Positions 24,693 to 36,644 of a stretch of 64,000 nucleotides of DNA are shown in pieces. This DNA comes from Octopus sinensis. Taxonomy: Eukaryota. A program made the position numbers and the translations under genes. Within the stretch, counting starts at the first letter, position 1. Every line of letters starts with the position of its first letter. The stretch spans positions 61,566,001-61,630,000 of the forward strand of contig NC_043002.1 of NCBI RefSeq assembly GCF_006345805.1, read 5' to 3'. Below the pieces are notes generated by a model. The model did no database searches and was not told where the DNA came from. It was given only the letters and a program-made list of their open reading frames with translations.

Positions 24693-25000
24693 GGTAATAC
24701 TAAGTAATTAAGGGTTTAGCAACGATTTGCCTTACCACACACCGAATTTAGAAATAGCAGTCAAAGAGTTATAGCTATTCTTTCTACTAAAAGGGAGATC
24801 TCAGTAAAACCACAGCACTTGAAAGGCAAACACAGACAGGCAAGAGAGAAAGAAATGACGGCAATCTATCATATAATTTTAAGTCACCTACGGACGTACG
24901 TTTCGAAATTAAGTTTTAGGAAAGCATAAGAATTAGATAATTATCTCTTACCCAACTTCTTTTCTCATCAGCGTAGGACACTACAATTATGAATAATTGT
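24693..25000 (-). mobile_element. Short non-coding hammerhead-bearing element (Penelope-like/retrozyme-like) with conserved 3' tail
   Basis: Contains the ribozyme at 24887-24977, followed ~120 nt downstream by the tail TTGACTGCTATTTCTAAATTCGGTGTGTGGTAAGGCAAATCGTTGCTAAACCC. The tail is shared with 1609-1680 and 57509-57572. Confidence 0.6.
24887..24977 (-). ncRNA. Canonical type I hammerhead ribozyme with palindromic stem III loop
   Basis: Minus strand: CCTACG-CTGATGA-GAAA AG AAGTT...AACTT AA TTTC-GAAA-C GTAC G-TC-CGTAGG. Stem I is 6 bp; GUC cleavage is predicted between 24893 and 24892. Confidence 0.87.
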
Positions 25001-25271
25001 ATATTAAATTTCGAGGTACTAGAAGGCATCATCTCAACTCAGTATCAGAGCGAGCTAAAGCCGTTACCAGTATCACCAAATTCAAAGTGTGAATGAAAGT
25101 TTGTGTTACCAACCCCTTCCCACCAGCGTGTAGCCAAGACAAGATGTTGTGGTCATTTACTGGGATGAAATATGGTTATCAGTAATAATATAGGGTGAAA
25201 TTAATTAATTTGGAATAATCATTAATTTCACCAAGTAGATTTCGGCATGTATATGTGTATGTATATATACG

Positions 25272-25302
<31 letters not shown>

Positions 25303-25359
25303 CAAATATATATATATCTGTATGTAATATATATATATATGATTGATTGATTGATTGAT

Positions 25360-25915
25360 TCTAGTTTCAGCTTATGAGCTGTGGCCATGCTGGGGCACCA
25401 CCGCATTTGGTGTTGCTACTTGGTTCACTTCATGGAGGCTTTCTAGCAACTGCTATTTGGTGCATGAGAGAGTTCGATGCAGCTGCCCTCATCTGCCCCT
25501 CCTGCCGTGACGTTGGTTCATCTGGGACACCTGACAGGAAGAGATCCAGCTTCATTTTAAAGACATCTGTATCCACCCCATGCAGGTCTCTCAGGTTCTT
25601 CGGGAGGATATTGAAGAGCTGTGGGCCTCGGAAGCCCAGGCTATCACAGAATCTTGTCCTACATCTTGATGCAGGTTTGGAGTCCTAGGCACCACGCAGT
25701 GGCGCCCAGTTCTGGCATTTGCGTAACTCTCGATGCCAAAGTTCAGACACTTCCCTCCAGGATCTTCCAGATGTATATTATGGCATATCTTTCCCGCCTA
25801 CGCTCCAGGGAATTAATTTTAATCTCTGAGAGTCTTTCCCAGTAGCTTACATCTGCATAGAGGCTATCTTCTTTGTGTAGCTTCGTTGGATCGCCTCAAG
25901 TTGTGTGATCAACTT
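25360..25915 (-). mobile_element. CR1-like LINE 3' end (5'-truncated)
   Basis: The minus strand encodes ..RTRFCDSLGFRGPQLFNILPKNLRDLHGVDTDVFKMKLDLFLSGVPDEPT.., then the tail GGTGCCCCAGCATGGCCACAGCT..GCTGAAACTAG and (ATCA)n. Confidence 0.85.
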
Positions 25916-25938
25916 GACACTGGATGGTGACCATAGCT

Positions 25939-25973
<35 letters not shown>

Positions 25974-26060
25974 TATGTATATATATATATATATAGATAG
26001 ATAGATAATATATGTATATATATATATATATATATAGATATATATATATATATAATATAT

Positions 26061-26091
<31 letters not shown>

Positions 26092-26099
26092 ATATACGT

Positions 26100-26133
<34 letters not shown>

Positions 26134-26546
26134 TTATATAAATAATATAAATATATGCATATATACATACATATAGGCACATACCTACATATATATGTAT
26201 ACATACATATATATGGGTACAGGACATAAAAAAACGCCGAACACAATGAGAAGCGAAAACAAAATCAAAAACATGGAAACGAACTTTTTTCGAAGAACGA
26301 AAAAAAAAAGAAAACGAGTCATACAACTTAAAGAATATTGCTTTTTCTTTCTCTTATCCGGATTATATTTTACTCTTCGCTAAATCGACTCAACGTTTTT
26401 ACCATTGTGAAATCAGAACTCGCTACACCTGATGTATTACGTATTAGGTTGGAATGAGACAATATTTGTTGCTATGCCAGATATCGAGTTGAAAGGTGCA
26501 ATGGAAATACCCTATATTTGTAACCTACCAGGACCCATATAATATA

Positions 26547-26608
<62 letters not shown>

Positions 26609-26611
26609 TTC

Positions 26612-26830
26612 CTCTAGTATCAGCTCAGAGCTGCGGCCATGCTGATGCACCGCCGCTTTGCTACTCTGTTATTACTAAGAGCCTTCTCCAACATATGGAG
26701 CTTGATGTAGCTACCCTTTGTTTCACCTCTTGCCGTGAGGTAGGTTTGTATGGAACTCTCGATGGGAAGAGGTCCAGCTTTGATTTAAAATCACCTACAT
26801 CTACTTTGTGCAGATTCCTCAGGCTCTTTG
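26612..26830 (-). mobile_element. CR1-like LINE extreme 3' fragment
   Basis: ILPKSLRNLHKVDVGDFKSKLDLFPSRVPYKPTSRQE plus the same tail as 25360. Confidence 0.8.
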
Positions 26831-27007
26831 GAAGAATATATATATATATATACACATGTATATTACCTGCGTGTGTCTGTGAGTGTGTGTGTGTGTTTAT
26901 GTGTGCGTGCTTTTCTGTATGGATATACAGATGTATTAGACCCATACAACAATAAGTAGGTATAAGTGATGCTTAATTACAAGTATGTATGTTAAGAATA
27001 ATTTACT

Positions 27008-28105
27008 TTATTGTACACGGCAATACATAGAAACTGTGTTCCGTTCATTGACGGTTGCATGAAGCATATATTGTGTGAAATTGTTGAGGATTATTTACTT
27101 ACCACAAAATACAATAAAATGTCGACACCGTTATTAAGAAATGTTACCATGTCGAACTACAAATTTGTTACATTATTTATCTCGCATTGAAAACACAATA
27201 AGACACATGTAAATAGATTCAGGAAAGGATGTCAACAAAACACAATATTAATACTTATCGCCAGGTAAACAGAATGCTTTGATTGTAATGTAAATCTTCG
27301 TTGACCAATCTGGTTGAGTTTCCAAGTTTTGAAACATAAGAACCAACATGATTAAAAAATAATGCAAGGTGACCCCACCAAAACGGAACCCATAAAAGTT
27401 TTATTAAATCCTACAAAGGTTCAGGAAATTTCATGAAATTTTCTCGACTTCAAATTCGGTCTGTGTACGATTATTCCCTTTGCATAAAAATCATGTTCTT
27501 TTCAAAATATGCTCCAAATAGCCTCCGCGGCGTTGGAGGCACACTTGCATACGTCGCACAAAATTGTTCTCTTTGGAGATTATCCTGATTTCTGCTGCCA
27601 TTACTGCTTTTAGTTCCCCAATCGTTTGAGGGTTGTTATGGTAAACATTATACTTGAGATACCCCCACAGATAAAAATTTGGTGGTTCAAGTCTGTTGAA
27701 TGCGTGGGAGTCTGTTGATGCGTGGGAGTGGAACCACTGCTCATCTCGATCCATCCGCCTGCGTAGTCTCAGTGATGCCCAAAATTTGGGGGCTCTGTAT
27801 CTTTCTATTATGGTTGCAGCTTGCGTTTTTTAATCTTTATTGTTTATAAATATCACAATCATTGCGTAAGTTAAAGCAACACATACAAGAAAATTTTAAA
27901 TACGATGCAAGGTTTATAATGTTCAGAAGAACAATGTTTGGAAATGGGACAAAAAATGCCCTTAAGCGTTTAATTGACATAAATACTGTAATCTAGAGGG
28001 AATATATTTTGAAAACAAATGAGACGCTCACGTAATTTAGTTTGATTAAAATAGTGTTGTCTGGAGCCAATAATTGTAGTGAATAACGGCTCAATATCAT
28101 TTCTG
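27008..28105 (-). pseudogene. Old GPCR subfamily B pseudogene (ECL1/TM3 to C-terminus), interrupted by a Tc1/mariner fragment; 5' part missing
   Basis: Nucleotide similarity to the B genes, e.g. CTGGAGCCAATAATTGTAG (LQLLAPD), TACTGTAATC, AAGGTTTATAA (YKP), CAGGAAAG, TTTACTTACCACAAAATACAAT (TM7/helix 8). No long ORF remains. Confidence 0.8.
27365..27765 (-). mobile_element. Tc1/mariner-superfamily 3' fragment inserted in the GPCR pseudogene
   Basis: ORF 27491-27754: PPNFYLWGYLKYNVYHNNPQTIGELK..NFVRRMQVCLQRRGGYLEHIL; TIR-like CAAGGTGACCCACCAAAACGG at 27365. Confidence 0.85.
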
Positions 28106-28319
28106 GAGAATTCGTTCTTTTCATTTACTTGGCTTCATTAAATGTGCCTTTCAGATTGAGTTTTCATTACGTTTGTTTCTACATAATAAAACAAAAGATG
28201 GGAAATGGTGAAATTCATGCATTTCAAAATTTCGATAAAATTTTCATTTACACAAATATTGCTTGAAACACATATAGGAGACATTGAAAAACACAACGGA
28301 TCATACGTGTCTATCACGT

Positions 28320-28335
28320 TCTATTATTATTATTA

Positions 28336-28383
<48 letters not shown>

Positions 28384-28394
28384 CATTATCATCA

Positions 28395-28449
<55 letters not shown>

Positions 28450-28472
28450 CATTATTATTATTATTATTATTA
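28320..28472. repeat. (ATT)n microsatellite, representative of dozens of (TA)n, (CA)n, (GA)n, (TATG)n, (TATC)n and (ATT)n tracts
   Basis: Directly visible. Confidence 0.97.
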
Positions 28473-28986
28473 ATGTGAATACAAGCCTTCAGATCAAACC
28501 ACTTGCTAGGCATGTACATCTCCGAAATTTTGAATTAAATTGTCATGTATGCGAATATCTTAATTTAGTTATTCATTTAGTTTGTTCATTAAAAATTTTG
28601 AATTCATTCTGTTTATAAAGTAAAACTGCTGAAACAACCATACGCCCTACTTTCAGGAAATAACTAATGGCCTCGGAAAATATCAGTAACGTCGAAGTAA
28701 TCGTTGGAAACAATTCAAGTTGGCGGGTTCGCATCAAAATTAAAGTCGGTAAGGAATTCATAGCGAGTTCCTGGAAACTCAGAAATTTGCTGTCCAGGGA
28801 TATAGCTGTCCTCAGCCTTTTGCCTATTACTTCATATATACTCATACTATGAGGACTGTGAAACCATCATACAAAGACAAAATTTTATGAGAATTAAGGC
28901 ACCACCAGGGAAATTATAACATACAGAGACACATACTCACACACATACAGATGCAAGCACAGACACAGATGGAAATACACACACAC

Positions 28987-29021
<35 letters not shown>

Positions 29022-29033
29022 ATATATATATGT

Positions 29034-29090
<57 letters not shown>

Positions 29091-29643
29091 AGATACATGT
29101 CTATCTATCTATATATATATATATATATATAATCTGTGCACATCAGCGTTTTTGCATTGTATGAATATTAGTGTGAATATATGTATGCGCGTATGCAGGC
29201 GTATGTTAATATGTGTGTACCATACATACATATATATATGTATATGTATGTATGTATGTATGTATATATCATTCAACCGCGGTAGTGTTTCAATATATAC
29301 TTAAGTCCGCCATTTCGTCAATCTCAGCAGATTCGAAGCTTCATCATTAATTCAGTTCTCCACTAAATTGCAAACTGTTCACAGTTTTAGCGAGGACACT
29401 ATCTCAGCTACAATTTGGCATAAATAGTTTGAGATTTGGCTTAGTAGAAAAAGTTACATCAAAATATGTCAGGTCTAAATGTGGGCACTAAGGCACCTAT
29501 TCATCTTCAATTAACATATTTCTAAATTTAAAATGGAAGTATGCTTTTCTTAGATTTAAATGATAGGACAATGCATGACGAATTCAGAATCGTTAGTCGC
29601 ATTGACCAACAATCATTAAAAGAAATAATAAATGCATCGGGGC

Positions 29644-29690
<47 letters not shown>

Positions 29691-29692
<2 letters not shown>

Positions 29693-30244
29693 GAGTGAGA
29701 GAGCAGTTCATGCCATCAAGTGACACTGGGGTAAAATATACGAAGCCCAATATACCCATCATGACTACCCGTCTGATAAGGTACACCAGGCACATGCATC
29801 ACAACCATATGTGCGCGACATGGTGATCTCATATCAAGATAAACAGCACATGACCTTGCAGGTGGGGCCCAGTTAGAATTTTCTTCAGGTTGAGTAGCCC
29901 ATCCTGCTCAAACGGTCCTTGAATAAGGGTTGCTTTAGGATGTTGAACGAAACACCTATGTTTCCAGAGGTGAACCATTCAAACTCCAAAGAATCCCTCT
30001 CAACACATGGCCATGATGCTCCCCCACTACTTCTGCTCGTGATCAGAGATGCACATATTGTCAGCCACTAAGGGACATGCTCAACTGGTTAAGGTCAAAC
30101 AACTGACAAGCAAATCTGTGGTATTGAGCAGAATATTTGCTGTAGCCCATCTTTTATACCAAGACAAAACAATGTACATGATAACACTTCCAATCAGTTA
30201 AGATCAGAAGCCATGAGAGCCACTGCCTGGTACTGCATCAGGGC

Positions 30245-30248
<4 letters not shown>
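29691..30248. mobile_element. ~555-bp non-coding repeat embedded in (TTA)n; inverted copy at 33524-34050
   Basis: Both ends are flanked by (TTA)n; it aligns to the reverse complement of 33524-34050; the terminal GCATC(A/G)GGGCATTTA also occurs at 29634-29648. Confidence 0.8.
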
Positions 30249-30275
<27 letters not shown>

Positions 30276-30334
30276 TATTATTATTATTACTATTCTTATT
30301 ATTACTATTATTATTATTACTATTATTATTATTA

Positions 30335-30386
<52 letters not shown>

Positions 30387-30437
30387 GTTATTATTATTAT
30401 TACTAATTATTATTATTATTATTATTATTATTTATTA

Positions 30438-30477
<40 letters not shown>

Positions 30478-30498
30478 CATCATTATTATTTTATATTA

Positions 30499-30533
<35 letters not shown>

Positions 30534-30562
30534 TTAATTTTTATTATTATTATTATTTATTA

Positions 30563-30645
<83 letters not shown>

Positions 30646-30649
30646 TATT

Positions 30650-31162
30650 ATTCAGTAGTTTTATTTTTATTCAGTAGTTTTATTTTTATAGCGTGCTTTT
30701 ACTTCACTACCGAGCGCAGCTCTGTGTGCCTTAGGTATGTGCTGTGATTTATTGTGATGCTCTGATGGTTATTGTATGGAAAGTGTTCTGCGTAGGATGT
30801 GTGCAGTGCCTAGTAGTGTAATGTTCTGTATGTTATATGTGTTTGTAAGTCCTGGTGTTTTTGTTATGTATTTGTCTGAATATTTTTTATCATGCCTAAT
30901 GCACCTACTATGATAGGAATTGCTTCTGTTTTTAGATTCCACATTCTGATTACCTCTATTTCCAGGTCTTTGTATTTTGAGAGTTTGTCCATTTCTTTTA
31001 GAGACACGTTGTCATCTGCCGGTATTGATACATCAATTAGAAAGCATTTTTTTCTTCATGAACTCTGACAACTATATCTGGTCTGTTGGCCTTAATTACC
31101 CTATCTGTGTGTATCGGCATATCCCAGAGTATGGTTGCTTTCTCGTTTTCTGTGACCTTTTC

Positions 31163-31165
<3 letters not shown>
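30650..31165 (-). mobile_element. R4/Dong-clade (RLE endonuclease) non-LTR retrotransposon 3' end inserted in (TAA)n
   Basis: Minus strand: ILWDMPIHTDRVIKANRPDIVV..LIDVSIPADDNVSLKEMDKLSKYKDLE..PIIVGALG, an RLE PD..D/ExK motif. It is flanked on both sides by (TAA)n, the known Dong target. Confidence 0.85.
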
Positions 31166-31194
<29 letters not shown>

Positions 31195-31216
31195 CATTAT
31201 TATTAATATTATTATA

Positions 31217-31278
<62 letters not shown>

Positions 31279-31467
31279 TGGTATGTGTGTGTGTGTGATT
31301 TTAAATTGATAAACGTTATGATTATATATGCTATATAAATGATGTATATGTTGAGGACAGTTCGAAAAGACAGTTTGATAAATATGTAAAATTATAAACT
31401 TTACGAAAAATTTAGATATATATCTAGATTCTTACCTAATCGGCAAATCCCTCCATTAATGAAAGCC

Positions 31468-32370
31468 TTAGTGCGTTGTAACCTGTAACGAATACACCGT
31501 ACTTCTGTTCACTGAAGTCTTTTTACCACATATTTCTTTTAGATTATCACGAAATGATTTGCTTACCGCAACATACAAAACAAAGTTTAGAGCGTTATTC
31601 ATACAAGCTATCATATCTAAGAAGATATATATGACCACATCAGGTTGGTTTTGGAATGTTAGTATCAAGTAATTAATAGATGCCGGAAACGTTGTTAGTA
31701 GGAAGATTGAGTTTATAGCGATGACGATGTAAATTATATTTTTTGACTGCTCTGAAGAATTGCGTTGAACATGCTGACCGAGCTCAGCTCGATGGAGTAT
31801 TTTATACACCAACAAAACAGAGCTGATTATTAAAATTATAGCTGGTAGGAATGAGTAAATGAAGAGTCCGGCGCAAAAAGTGTACATCTCATTATTTAAA
31901 AATACTGCTTGCGTTGTATACGTAACAGCAACACATACAAGAAGCAGAAGCAGTACAAGGTAAGGTTTATAACGTTGTGAAGAATGAAATTGTGAAAATG
32001 GGCAAAAAATTGCCAAAAGACGTTCAAGAGATATGATAACTGTTATCCAGGAAGAATATATGTTTATAGAAAATGTAACACCTCCATATATTTCACTGTT
32101 GAATATACTTGGATATGCCGTGTTAGATTGCAAAGCGTGTGACCTCCATATGATATTTGCGTAATTCAACCAAATAGCAATAAAATCTACAAGAGCTAAA
32201 CATTGAAGATATGGGACAATTTTAGTCTGACGCAGATTCTTCCTGAAAAATATTGCAAAAACTGTTAAATTCCCGATAGAACCAAATGTCAATAAAATTA
32301 TTGAAAAATAGAGAATAGTTCTAAATAAATGAATATTTGCATTGTTTTCCGTATGGGTGCTGTTGTTCAT
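31468..32370 (-). CDS. Class A orphan GPCR, subfamily A (300 aa from first ATG, MNNSTH)
   Basis: FGSIGN, LALVDF, SSWITVIISLERL, SFLP, TTFP, NNALNFVLY, SKSFRDNL. The track's start at 32466 is non-ATG, and the homologous first ATG is TTG here (~32394). Confidence 0.92.
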   Translation of the reverse strand: MNNSTHTENNANIHLFRTILYFSIILLTFGSIGNLTVFAIFFRKNLRQTKIVPYLQCLALVDFIAIWLNYANIIWRSHALQSNTAYPSIFNSEIYGGVTFSINIYSSWITVIISLERLLAIFCPFSQFHSSQRYKPYLVLLLLLVCVAVTYTTQAVFLNNEMYTFCAGLFIYSFLPAIILIISSVLLVYKILHRAELGQHVQRNSSEQSKNIIYIVIAINSIFLLTTFPASINYLILTFQNQPDVVIYIFLDMIACMNNALNFVLYVAVSKSFRDNLKEICGKKTSVNRSTVYSLQVTTH

Positions 32371-32861
32371 GGTGTCTATTTCTGTTTCGTTCAAATGTTC
32401 ATCCACAGGAGAGGTAAATAGGACAGCCGAAATAACAAAACGCATCAAATGACCATTATACACCAAAATTTAATAGGTCTTATACAAGCCGGTGATATCT
32501 GCAGAGTGTATCTACACCTTATGTGTCTGAAGTCTTCTCACATAATTCTGTTTGTGTTTAATATAGGTAAATAAACTCGCTTGTATATGTATGTATATGT
32601 ATGGATACAGTTTTAACGAAGCTAGTTTACTTTTTCACTAGTTTCTAGTGCTGCTGTATATAATAACGACGTTGTTAAGGGTGACAACAACGACAGAGAA
32701 GATGATGATGAGGAGGACAATTCAGATGATGATGTTGATGAGTATGACAATGATCGTGGTATTGTTGGCTGCGTGAATTGGGAGAGATGACAATTCCAGT
32801 TGGTTAATGCAGATAACATTTTTAACGATATCTCTACTAGTATGAAATGAAAGGTATAAAC

Positions 32862-32960
32862 GAATCAATATCACTTTTGATTACAAAAAGGATAGAAGAC
32901 TTCCTGCCGAAGACTTGACTACTCTTAAGTAACTCTAGCAGTTCCGCTGTAATCTTAATT
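32862..32960 (-). promoter_or_regulatory. A-type upstream module
   Basis: ATCAAT 32864-32869, ACTTCCTG 32899-32906. Confidence 0.55.
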
Positions 32961-33523
32961 TAAGCTTGCACGAGATTTACTTTTTAAGTATAATGTAAGT
33001 TCTTTGTGTTAAATGTATATTGAATATATTAATGGATTTAACTTTCCCCAGATGAACTAAATCCATGAAGGAAATTTCAATTTGAACATTATAGTACACA
33101 TAATGTATGTATAGATGGTTTTGTTAATGAAATGGTTTCCCAAATAGAATTTTCAGATACTACTGAGTATTCATATGCTACATAACAAAAACAAAGACAT
33201 TGGCGTTGCGTGAAAGGCAATAATTTAGAATACGTCCTTTATCTCTTTCTCACTTTCTGTCCGTTTGCCTTTCCATCTAGTTGGAAAATACTTGAATGCT
33301 CGAATATATACTCGAAAATACTCGAATATAATTAGGAATTTATTGTATAGCTGCTTCGTACTAATTTCGCTTGCTGTCACTAATGTTATTTTAAATATAA
33401 ATTTAGATATGCCCCTGATGAATATCAATAACAATAATAGCAACAGCAACAACAACAATAACAACAACAACAACAATAACAACAACACAACAATAACAAC
33501 AACAACAACAATAATAATAATAA

Positions 33524-34050
33524 TAAATTCCCTGAGGCAGTACCAGACGGTGGCGGCTCTCATGGTTTTTCATCTTAACTGATTGGAAATGTTATCATGT
33601 ACACGTTTTGTCTTGGTATAACAGATATGCTACATTAAATATTCTGCTGGCCATAACCAGTTGAGCATGTCCCTTAGTGGCTGACGATATGTGCATCTCT
33701 GATCATGAGCAGAAGTAGTGTAGTGTGGGAGCATCATAGCCATGTGTTGAGAAGAATTCTTTGGGGTTTTGATAACTCATCTTTGGAAACAGGAGTGTTT
33801 TGTTCAACATCCTTATACAACCCTTATTCAAGGATCTATTGAGCGGGATTTGCTACTCGACCTGAAAAAAATTTTAACTGGGCTCCACCTACAAGGTTTA
33901 TCTTGAGATAATATCACTATGATGCACAAATATTGTTGTTATACATGTACCTGATGTTCCCTTTTCAGACGGGTAATCATGATGGGCATACTAGACTTCG
34001 TATATTTTACCCACTGTCTCTTACATGGCATGCACGGATCTCTCACTTAA
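33524..34050. mobile_element. Inverted copy of the (TAA)n-embedded 555-bp repeat
   Basis: Reverse complement of 29691-30248; flanked by (AAC/AAT)n and TAATAAT. Confidence 0.8.
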
Positions 34051-34797
34051 TAATATTAATGATGATAATAATAAGAAAATTAAATTATAAGAATATCATC
34101 TTTACAGATTACAACGACGCGAGATGGATTTTTAATTTTAGGCAGAGCAAGCCCTGCTGAGGATAATTGAGGCTCTAACCAGAATTCAAAATCATAATCC
34201 AGATATATATTTTACCTTATTCTACGGCTTTTTTAGCTGAGATATATTAAATTCCACTGGTCTGCCAAAACAAGTTGATTGAACGAAGTGGTAATGTTCA
34301 CTTTCTCTTCAGCGGACGTCGCACGATAGACATTTTTGTAGAAAAATTAATTACGAGACAAATTTTGCGGGAAAATGTCGCGGATAGTAGAAAAATTAAA
34401 GAAATCCATTGGAGAAAATGCACTTAAATACCAAGGAAAGGGATTCTTGGTGCTTGCATCTTAATTACGTCGATCATTACTTTCAGAACTGCCAATCAGT
34501 TTGAAAACAATCGTTATAAAACAATTAAATTTCGTTTGTAGTTTCCCTTAAATTTTGAAAAGGAAATGCATTTGAATAGACAACACACACACACGCACAC
34601 ACACATAATTTACATATTATATACGTGTGTATACGCATACATGCGTATATATTTGCATATACAAAGGAATTTTTTTCTTTATCAAAGAACGCATACGTTA
34701 TAGGCAGAAAGAAACTGAAATACCGATTGATAATTATGTAAAAAAAATTAAAGATATATAGACATATATGTAGATACTTACTCAAACAACGAAAGCT

Positions 34798-35724
34798 TTA
34801 GCTTGTTGCAGACTGCAATGAATATACTGTACTTCTGTTCACTGAAGCATCTTTACAATATACTTGTTTCAAATTTTTGCGAAATGATTTGCTTACCGCA
34901 GCATACAAAATAAAGTTGAAAGCATTTTTCATACAAGCTATCGTATCCAGACACATGTATAAGGCAGTGTTTTTTACGTTTAGGATTGACTTTACAAAGT
35001 AATAAATAGATGTAGGAAACGTTGTTAGAAGAAACAGTGAGTTTATAGCGATGACAACATAAATGGTATGTTTTGTCTGGTCTGAAGAATTTCTTTGAAA
35101 ACGCTGACCGAGGTGTGGTCGATGGAGAATTTTATACGCCAACAACATAGAGCTAATTAGTAAAATCGTAGCTGGTATGAATGAATAAATGAAGTATCCT
35201 GCGCAAAATTCGTATACCTTATTCTTTAGAAATATTGTCAACATCGCGTACGTAGCAGATACACATACAAGAAGCAAAACCTGCACGATGTAAGGTCTAT
35301 AACGATCAGAAGAATGAAGTCTGGAAAATGGGCAAAAAATTGCCAACAAACGTTCAATAGATATGACAACCGTTATCCAGGAGGAATATATATACACAGT
35401 AAAAGTTAGACGCGCGTATATATTGAACATTAAAGAAGATGTAATTGATATTCTAGATAACAAAATGGCTGTTTTCCATATAATTCTTGGATAAGTCAAC
35501 CATATTATAATGAAATCTACAAGAGCTAAACACTGGAGATGTGGGACAATTTTAGTTTGACGCATTTTCTTCTTGAAAAATACTGCAAAAACTGCTAAAT
35601 TTCCGATAGATCCAAATACCAACAATATAACTGAAATGTACCGTATGATTAAAATGAAAAGTACTTCTGATTCGTTTAATGTCTGTCTCCTGTTTATCAT
35701 TTCTTCTGTGTCTGTTTTGTTCAT
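34798..35724 (-). CDS. Class A orphan GPCR, subfamily A (308 aa)
   Basis: FGSIGN, LALVDF, SSWITVVISIERL, SFIP, TTFP, KNAFNFILY, SKSFRKNL. Confidence 0.93.
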   Translation of the reverse strand: MNKTDTEEMINRRQTLNESEVLFILIIRYISVILLVFGSIGNLAVFAVFFKKKMRQTKIVPHLQCLALVDFIIIWLTYPRIIWKTAILLSRISITSSLMFNIYARLTFTVYIYSSWITVVISIERLLAIFCPFSRLHSSDRYRPYIVQVLLLVCVSATYAMLTIFLKNKVYEFCAGYFIYSFIPATILLISSMLLAYKILHRPHLGQRFQRNSSDQTKHTIYVVIAINSLFLLTTFPTSIYYFVKSILNVKNTALYMCLDTIACMKNAFNFILYAAVSKSFRKNLKQVYCKDASVNRSTVYSLQSATS

Positions 35725-35948
35725 ATTTTCTCCCGTTTCATTCGTAGGTCTTGATGGTAAGAATAGATAAGTGTATCGAATTTAAAATTCTGTCTCGGAC
35801 ACTGTAAGATCTGTATGATTCCTCTACCGGTGTAAAGCCTTTTCAACTAAATATATTTATATATAATGGAGATAAATAGATATATATGTATGCATGTATG
35901 TATGTATGTATGTATGTATGTATGTATGTATGTATGTATGTATGTATG

Positions 35949-35982
<34 letters not shown>

Positions 35983-36324
35983 TGTATGTATGTATGCATA
36001 TATGTATGCATGTATGTGTACATCCTTTCTTATGAGGATAGGTCAGTTTCGATTTCTACAATTGCTGTATATAATGCTGTATTTAAGATGACTATAGCCA
36101 TCGTGATGTTGATGATAGTCCTGATAATCATGATACCAATGGGAATGAAAGGGTGATGCGGAAGATAATGAAGATGATGGTGTTGCGGGCGGTGGTAAGA
36201 ATCCAGACTGAAGCTGAGAATAAGATGCCGATTAAATGGTATTGGTCATTATACTCATCCTTTGATATTGATGATGTAACATTTTAAACAATATCTATAA
36301 TGATATGACATGAAAGGCATAGAA

Positions 36325-36420
36325 GAATCAATATCACTTTTGATTGCGAAAAAGGCTAGAAAACTTCCTGCCAAAGGCTTGACCGCTATTAAGTAACTGC
36401 AGCATTTCCGGTGTGGTCTT
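36325..36420 (-). promoter_or_regulatory. A-type upstream module
   Basis: ATCAAT 36327-36332, ACTTCCTG 36363-36370, second ETS-like ATTTCCGGT near 36404-36412. Confidence 0.55.
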
Positions 36421-36644
36421 GCATTAAATTAATCTATTAAATACATGCATTTAGCAAATCTGTTGAATGGATATTATTGAATATATTAATGGCTTAATAT
36501 TCCCGATAGGATCAGCGACTGAAATTTTAAGTATTGAAATTCATATGATGGGAGTATTAGCGGGTTTTTACATGAAATATATGAAATGGCATTCCAGGCG
36601 GAACTTTCGGATACTTTTAGGTTTTAATATACTTCATGCAACAA

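Noticed and set aside
28205-28618. Long poly-I/Y/L/N and [12 protein letters not shown] ORFs throughout the window
   Set aside because: Translations of microsatellites, not genes.
28573-28852. 90-aa minus-strand ORF (MSIYEVIGKR..) upstream of the 27008 pseudogene
   Set aside because: No GPCR or transposon motif recognised; too short to support.
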